Shown here: piece after piece, positions 54,291 to 54,345 of the stretch
Layout: every line of letters starts with the position of its first letter
Position numbering within the stretch: the stretch's first letter is position 1
Assembly (NCBI GenBank): GCA_051888935.1
Contig: JBJFCL010000023.1
Coordinates: 1 to 54,345 of the forward strand
Direction: 5' to 3'
Origin: Candidatus Caccovivens sp.
GTDB taxonomy: Bacteria; Bacillota; Clostridia; Christensenellales; UBA1242
DNA length: 54,345 nucleotides
The notes under the pieces: model-generated
The model's database searches: none
What the model was told of the DNA's origin: nothing
Seen by the model: the letters and a program-made list of their open reading frames with translations, nothing else
Position numbers and translations under genes: made by a program

Positions 54291-54345
54291 GGAAGTTTAG
54301 CTCAGCTGGGAGAGCATCTGCCTTACAAGCAGAGGGTCATAGGTT
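54291..54345 (+). tRNA. tRNA-Val(TAC), truncated by the window end
   Basis: GGAAGTTTAGCTCAGCTGGGAGAGCATCTGCCTTACAAGCAGAGGGTCATAGGTT... Confidence 0.93.

Overview
This is a chromosomal window from a low-GC, spo0A-bearing Firmicute, most likely an uncultured Clostridia-type anaerobe (inferred from gene content). The first half is one giant cell-surface gene. It is open from position 2, so it starts upstream of the window, and it encodes at least 8,944 aa of InlB-B/Flg_new-type and MucBP-like repeats with a C-terminal membrane anchor and an exact 752-bp internal duplication. The second half contains an Ord/DapB-like dehydrogenase, tmk, and a lipid/glycerol cluster (YhhN lysoplasmalogenase-like, alpha/beta lipase, glpK, glpA-like, FAD oxidoreductase, DUF1667, YwaF/TMEM164-like). 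It also contains an ABC exporter, MarR-DegV, a ferritin-like protein, a symporter, uvrC, an orphan VirB6/Mbov_0396-like membrane protein, YqeY, a phosphoesterase, a lipoprotein, spo0A, a second surface protein, and tRNA-Arg(ACG), tRNA-Met(CAT) and tRNA-Val(TAC, truncated by the window end). There are four main oddities. (1) tRNA-Arg is flanked by two partial copies, each split in the D-loop by the same ~82-86 bp structured insert with a TA duplication, and tRNA-Met carries a comparable duplicated and inverted fragment. (2) Spo0A has Glu in place of its phospho-acceptor Asp. (3) A 53-aa ORF paralogous to the C-terminus of the VirB6-like protein sits directly behind it. (4) The giant adhesin has a modular, mosaic structure. 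Family assignments come from motif recognition by eye; no database searches were run.
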